DNA of 16,298 nucleotides from Promethearchaeota archaeon (lineage in GTDB: Archaea; Asgardarchaeota; Lokiarchaeia; Sigyniarchaeales; SOKP01): NCBI GenBank assembly GCA_004524535.1, contig SDNY01000081.1, positions 1-16,298 on the forward strand. The letters are read 5' to 3'. The position numbers and the translations under genes were made by a program. Under the pieces are notes generated by a model. That model was not told the DNA's origin, did not search any database, and saw only the letters and a list, made by a program, of their open reading frames with translations. Of the stretch, positions 16,242-16,298 are shown piece by piece. How positions within the stretch are numbered: position 1 is the first letter of the stretch; each line of letters opens with the position of its first letter.

Positions 16242-16298
16242 ATGTCGGATTTCGTGAGTAATCAGGTAAAAGAATTTGAAAACCGTCATTTTTTGCAA
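16242..16298 (+). CDS. Possible N-terminus of the next gene (3'-truncated)
   Basis: ATG 16242 is open for 19 codons to the window end (MSDFVSNQVKEFENRHFLQ), divergent from the MaoC-like gene across an AT-rich gap. Confidence 0.35.
   Translation, partial: MSDFVSNQVKEFENRHFLQ

Noticed and set aside
16208-16249. TCCGAC...GTCGGA inverted repeat near the window end
   Set aside because: Only 6-bp arms with a 30-nt spacer, and the right arm overlaps a likely start codon. Could be chance.
1-16298. CRISPR arrays, tRNA/rRNA, transposases, integrases or a defence island
   Set aside because: No repeat-spacer pattern, no GC-rich structured RNA island, and no recombinase or known defence motifs were seen.

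Overview
AT-rich (roughly 30% GC by eye), gene-dense prokaryotic chromosomal segment. It holds about 15 full-size protein-coding genes and no rRNA, tRNA, CRISPR array or recognisable mobile element. Gene content and style (T-rich terminators, TTTAAATA boxes, Lys/Ile-rich proteins) suggest an archaeon, plausibly Asgard/Lokiarchaeia-like. That is an inference, since no marker gene is present. Gene order: 5'-truncated CxxCxGxG zinc-finger protein (possibly SSUH2-like), Dph6-related PP-loop ATPase, a DUF4140/DUF4139 protein split over two adjacent genes, DUF2804, ECF S component (-), ZIP metal transporter with an apparent +1 frameshift near its start, an unannotated 37-aa membrane microprotein, flavin reductase-like (-), PfkB kinase, large metallophosphoesterase (-), degenerate amidohydrolase fused to YjbQ, long coiled coil with a C-terminal two-TM anchor, APC permease with extra TM helices, PHP-domain protein, MaoC-like protein (-), and probably the start of one more gene. 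All family assignments come from motif recognition by eye, with no database search.
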